In this document: positions 60,382 to 64,000 of the stretch, piece by piece | How the letters are laid out: the number at the start of each line of letters is the position of its first letter | Numbering within the stretch: the stretch's first letter is position 1 | IMG/VR virus record: IMGVR_UViG_3300037297_000386 | DNA from: a virus | Lineage: Duplodnaviria > Caudoviricetes | Length of the DNA: 64,000 bases | Reading direction: 5' to 3' (one strand) | The notes under the pieces: model-generated | The model's database searches: none | The model's input: only the letters and a program-made list of their open reading frames with translations | What the model was told of the DNA's origin: nothing | Program-made: the position numbers and the translations under genes

Positions 60382-60939
60382 TTACACTTTGGGTTTAAAA
60401 TACTCTTTTAGTTCTTCCAACAATTCTTTGGTAATAGATATACTACCGTTTCCAATCCTTTTATCAGGATCTTCTATTTTACCGTTAGGATAATGAAAAT
60501 TTATTATAGAACAAAGCTTTGGAACTGAAGTAAAGAGATCTTTAATTTCATTATAAGATAATCTGATACTATCTTCCCTAACGAATCGTTTCAGAATTTC
60601 TTTGCCTGATTCATCCAATTTATCTTTTATACTGCGAAAATTATAACAATCCATGGTTTCCTCCATTTTATCTGATGGTATTTTATTAATTATAAATTCG
60701 ACTATTTTTTGAGCCATTTCATTTGTTTTTTGGGACGTTTTATGATTTTTTATATTTTTTGATATAATATTAAATAGTAACTCTTCATTAATCTTGTTTT
60801 TTTCATTTTCTTTATATATTATAAATTTTTCTTCTTGAAACACTCCTATAATATTTTCCCAAAATTCCATTTCAAGATGTTCGTTATAATGTTCAAAATA
60901 AAAATCATCTAAATCCTTTGCCGTAATATATTGATTCAT
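60382..60939 (-). CDS. Hypothetical protein
   Basis: 185-aa ORF with SD AAGGA. Confidence 0.5.
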   Translation of the reverse strand: MNQYITAKDLDDFYFEHYNEHLEMEFWENIIGVFQEEKFIIYKENEKNKINEELLFNIISKNIKNHKTSQKTNEMAQKIVEFIINKIPSDKMEETMDCYNFRSIKDKLDESGKEILKRFVREDSIRLSYNEIKDLFTSVPKLCSIINFHYPNGKIEDPDKRIGNGSISITKELLEELKEYFKPKV

Positions 60940-61249
60940 TTACATCTTTTTCCTTTTAATAAATTATCAGCAACAGATATTGCTACTGCACTATAAATCT
61001 TTTGTGATTTCAAATAAACCTATCAAACCCCCTATTTAAATACAAAAAAATAGATTCATTATCACGACTCGACCGTTTGCCTACTTTCCCCGAGTGTGGG
61101 CCTCTTTGCTATTTCAAACAAAAAGATCAGAAGACCATGGCGCATTTAAGCTTGACATTTCTTATAAGATACTTTTGCTTGGATGCCATTCCAAGACTAT
61201 CCTTGGCAAACAGTGCTATGCCTCAATTTTATTCTTGGCCTCGGCTGCT

Positions 61250-61435
61250 TCAAGGCTGTGAGGCACTATGATTTTCGATGTATTCCAGCAGGGCTTTACG
61301 TATCTGTGCGGAATAACTATTCATTTTGTTCTTCTTTGCCTCTAACCAGTCCAGTATTTTTTTGTCCGTTTCGTCGGTTGGATCAAAATGGACACTGATT
61401 GGCCGATATTTTTGCTTACTCATAATGTGCCTCAC
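61250..61435 (-). CDS. Ribbon-helix-helix (CopG/ParG-like) DNA-binding protein
   Basis: Beta strand RPISVHFD, helix DKKILDWLE, helix YSAQIRKALLEYIE. Confidence 0.6.
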   Translation of the reverse strand: MRHIMSKQKYRPISVHFDPTDETDKKILDWLEAKKNKMNSYSAQIRKALLEYIENHSASQP

Positions 61436-61494
61436 TTTTACTCAAAAGTATTGATAGATTTTTAGTGATTTAACAAATTTGTCTTTGTCCTGAT

Positions 61495-61815
61495 TTATTC
61501 CTTCAAAGTTATTACCAATCCGTTTATATTCCAAACGCATAATAATCGCGGATCATCTCTAGCCAATTTTTTAGCATATTCAAGAAATTGGCTATCGTGT
61601 GGAATGAGAAATTCATTACTAAATTTATCAATATACCATATTATATTTTTATTATTAACTTTTTCTATTTTCCCAAGTTTACCAGCTCTGCTTTTCTTCA
61701 ATAAATTCTTAATACATGTTTTATATTGTTCTCCGAATTCCAATAATTCTTTTGTCAATTTTTCTTGCAGTGCTAAAAGCATCTCTTTTTCAATGGTTTC
61801 TACCGTCAATGGCAT
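61495..61815 (-). CDS. Hypothetical protein
   Basis: 106-aa ORF with SD GGAGG. Confidence 0.45.
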   Translation of the reverse strand: MPLTVETIEKEMLLALQEKLTKELLEFGEQYKTCIKNLLKKSRAGKLGKIEKVNNKNIIWYIDKFSNEFLIPHDSQFLEYAKKLARDDPRLLCVWNINGLVITLKE

Positions 61816-61828
61816 GATTCCTCCATAT

Positions 61829-62116
61829 TCACTTCCTCATAGCTATAATCCTATTCCCATCAACTTTGTCTACAATAACAGTCGTTCCTTTTTTATGGAA
61901 CTCACCAACCGATATAACATCAAATCGGTTTCCTCGATATAAAGCGGTTCCAGCTGGCCTTAAATCGGAATAAACAATCATTTCTTTCCCTATCAATTCT
62001 TTTTCATCTTTTGACTGACTAACACAGCCTTTTAATGAGTTTATTTTAATCATTCGAAAAATCAAATAAACAGAAGTACAAAGACCAATAAATATTCCAA
62101 TTATAATACTAATCAT
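61829..62116 (-). CDS. NfeD-like C-terminal OB-fold membrane protein
   Basis: N-terminal hydrophobic helix; LIGKEMIVYSDLRPAG...RFDVISVGEFHKKGTTVIVDKVDGNRI. Confidence 0.8.
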   Translation of the reverse strand: MISIIIGIFIGLCTSVYLIFRMIKINSLKGCVSQSKDEKELIGKEMIVYSDLRPAGTALYRGNRFDVISVGEFHKKGTTVIVDKVDGNRIIAMRK

Positions 62117-62225
62117 AGATTATCTTTTAAATTTAATATTTCTTTTGTCAAATTCATTACTTTGCACTGGAACTGGAGATAATGGATATGAAAAAATTAT
62201 TATTAATTTCGAAATGTGATTTCAT
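62113..62225 (-). pseudogene. Decayed copy of the 59212-59370 gene
   Basis: MKSHFEINNNF matches MKPHFEINNKF; two single-base deletions relative to the paralogue; shared AATGAATTTG.CAAAAGA.ATATT. Confidence 0.75.
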
Positions 62226-62227
62226 AT

Positions 62228-62674
62228 TTATCTTTTTCTTTTGGGATCAATACTGGCCTTAATCCACTCCTCTTTAGTTAATTTCTGTCCATTCAAGTAC
62301 CAATACTTAGCACCATTAGGATATTCAATAGCAGGACCATCTTCACGATGAAGCTTTCCATCCAAGTACCAATACTTAGTACCATCGGAATATTCAACAG
62401 CGGGACCGTCTTCGCGGTGACGTCTTCCATTAAGGTACCAATACTTAGTACCATCGGAATATTCAATAGCAGGACCGTTTTTACGATGGTATTGGCCATT
62501 CAAATACCAATACTTAGTACCATCTGTATATTTAATGATATAGGTTCCAATTTCAACATCAAGTGGTTCTATTGTAATAGGATTTCCATATTCATCTTGC
62601 CAGTGGATCTCATTTCTTGTTTTAGTGGTAAGACCTGCTAACAGGGCAGTATAAGCATTGTGTAAAATAGTCAT
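62228..62674 (-). CDS. Leader plus WYLNGxxHRxDGPA 23-aa repeat protein (array member A)
   Basis: MTILHNAYTALLAGLTTKTRNEIHWQDEYGNPITIEPLD then three full repeats. Confidence 0.85.
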   Translation of the reverse strand: MTILHNAYTALLAGLTTKTRNEIHWQDEYGNPITIEPLDVEIGTYIIKYTDGTKYWYLNGQYHRKNGPAIEYSDGTKYWYLNGRRHREDGPAVEYSDGTKYWYLDGKLHREDGPAIEYPNGAKYWYLNGQKLTKEEWIKASIDPKRKR

Positions 62675-62749
62675 TTTATCCTTATATTATTTATCTTTAA
62701 AAATTTATTAGCGATAAAAATATTAATAATTTACAAAATTTAAAAATAA

Positions 62750-63187
62750 TTATGTTTTACTAGTGCGTGTCTTAATCCACTCTTCTTTAGTTAATTTCTG
62801 TCCATTTAAATACCAATACTCAGAACCATTAGGATATTTAATAGCAGGACCATCTTTGCGATGAAGCTTTCCATTCAAGTACCAATACTTAGCACCATCA
62901 TAATATTCAACAGCAGGGCCATTTTCACGGTGAAGGTCCCCGTTCAAATACCAATGTTTAGTACCATTGGAATATTCAACAGCAGGGCCATTTTCACGGT
63001 GAAGGTCCCCGTTCAAATACCAATGTTTAGTACCATTGAAATATTTGAAGATATAAGTCCCAAGTTTAATATCAAGTGGTTCTACTGTAATAGGATTTCC
63101 ATATTCATCTTGCCAATGAATCTCATTTCCTGTTTTGGTAGTAAGTCCTGCTAACAGAGCAGTATAAGCATCATGCAATAAACTCAT
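62750..63187 (-). CDS. Leader plus WYLNGxxHRxDGPA repeat protein (array member B)
   Basis: Start MSLLHDAYTALLAGL at 63187, ATGA overlap with member C. Confidence 0.85.
   Translation of the reverse strand: MSLLHDAYTALLAGLTTKTGNEIHWQDEYGNPITVEPLDIKLGTYIFKYFNGTKHWYLNGDLHRENGPAVEYSNGTKHWYLNGDLHRENGPAVEYYDGAKYWYLNGKLHRKDGPAIKYPNGSEYWYLNGQKLTKEEWIKTRTSKT
62902..63038. repeat. Exact 68-bp tandem duplication with 69-bp period inside member B
   Basis: AATATTCAACAGCAGGGCCATTTTCACGGTGAAGGTCCCCGTTCAAATACCAATGTTTAGTACCATTG at 62902 and 62971. Confidence 0.95.
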
Positions 63188-63537
63188 TCTATTCGTTTTC
63201 CATGTTCCCATTCTTCTTCCGAATATTTCCGTCCATTTTTATACCAACAAGTAGTTTTACCATGTTGTTGCCCATCTTGCCATTCTTTTTCCCAATGTTT
63301 TTGTCCGTTCCTATACCATCTGATATATTTACCATGAAGTTGGCCATTTTGATATTCTGATTCCCAATATTTTTGCCCATTCCTATGATAATAACGAATA
63401 ATATATCTCTCTTGTTTAATATCAATTAATTTTATCGTAATGGGAATACCATATTTATCTTGCCAATAAATCTCACTTCCTGTCTTACATGTTAATCCTG
63501 CTAGAAGAGCAGTATAAGCATCGTGTAATAGTGCCAT
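63184..63537 (-). CDS. Leader plus MORN-variant (YwqK-like) repeat protein (array member C)
   Basis: MALLHDAYTALLAGLTCKTGSEIYWQDKYG then YHRNGQKYWESEYQNGQLHGKYIRWYRNGQKHWEKEWQDGQQHGK. Confidence 0.85.
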   Translation of the reverse strand: MALLHDAYTALLAGLTCKTGSEIYWQDKYGIPITIKLIDIKQERYIIRYYHRNGQKYWESEYQNGQLHGKYIRWYRNGQKHWEKEWQDGQQHGKTTCWYKNGRKYSEEEWEHGKRIE

Positions 63538-63971
63538 TACTTCTTCCCTATTAAATTATTAAACTCTTCTTCGGTCAAGTGTTTGCCATTTAGGAACCAT
63601 GCTTTGGTACCATCTGCCCACACAACAGCAGGACCATCTTCACGATGTAGTTTGCCATTTAGGAACCAGTATTTGTCGCCACCTGCATATTCAATAGCAT
63701 GGCCATCTTCACGATGTGGTTCACCATTTATACACCATGCTTTAGTACCATCTACCCGTATAGCAGCAGGACCGTCTTCGCGGTGAAGCTTATCATTCAA
63801 GTACCAAAACTTATCACCACCAACATACCTAACAATATAGGTACTAATTTTAATATCAAGTGGTTCGACAGTGATAAGTTTTCCACTTTTATCTTCCCAA
63901 TTAATCTCATTTCCTGTTTTGGTAGTAAGTCCTGCTAATAGGGCAGCGTAAGCATCATGTAATAGTGTCAT
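63537..63971 (-). CDS. Leader plus WYLNGxxHRxDGPA repeat protein (array member D)
   Basis: MTLLHDAYAALLAGLTTKTGNEINWEDKSG then three repeats; TAATG overlap with member C. Confidence 0.85.
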   Translation of the reverse strand: MTLLHDAYAALLAGLTTKTGNEINWEDKSGKLITVEPLDIKISTYIVRYVGGDKFWYLNDKLHREDGPAAIRVDGTKAWCINGEPHREDGHAIEYAGGDKYWFLNGKLHREDGPAVVWADGTKAWFLNGKHLTEEEFNNLIGKK

Positions 63972-64000
63972 GGTAATTTACCTATGTATTTTAAACCCAT

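Noticed and set aside
61065-61110. c-di-GMP-I riboswitch suggested by GGGAAA...GGCAAAC
   Set aside because: Element order and the second stem do not match the aptamer consensus.
62228-63971. Diversity-generating retroelement (template/variable repeat pairs)
   Set aside because: Repeat copies differ at many non-adenine and synonymous T/C positions, all copies are in coding frames, and no reverse transcriptase is in the window.

Overview
This 64 kb window is an AT-rich segment of a large (jumbo-type) tailed bacteriophage genome. Every gene I can support is on the minus strand, uses the standard code and has bacterial Shine-Dalgarno sites. From low to high coordinate it has four blocks. (1) 1-15.2 kb is a packaging/head block: an intein-containing portal (cut by the window edge), terminase large subunit, an ATP-dependent DNA ligase with a long N-terminal extension, a LAGLIDADG endonuclease, a CCA/poly(A)-polymerase-family nucleotidyltransferase, and several unknown proteins that share a hydrophobic-x-K/R-x-A motif. 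(2) 15.4-39 kb is a replication/recombination/expression block: IF-3, two sigma-like proteins, a primase split over two genes, RecA, DnaJ, RuvC-like resolvase, gp32-like SSB, DnaE, trigger factor, a PD-(D/E)XK nuclease, nucleotide enzymes, intein-containing SbcC with SbcD, and an FtsK motor. (3) 39-58 kb carries auxiliary genes: dCMP deaminase, UDG, lytic transglycosylase, ClpP, DEDD exonuclease, IscS, EF-Ts, a tail fibre with a novel LDGY repeat, M16 peptidase and GroEL, plus an unannotated TnpB 3-prime remnant. (4) 58-64 kb is a small-gene accessory region ending in a tandem array of four genes that share one ~40-aa N-terminal leader fused to two different repeat families. The best candidates for undescribed biology are the leader-plus-repeat array, the K-x-A motif system with a possibly virion-packaged ligase, the orphan TnpB/omegaRNA remnant, and a 32-aa basic peptide with a strong ribosome-binding site. 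All family calls come from motifs recognised by eye; no database searches were run.
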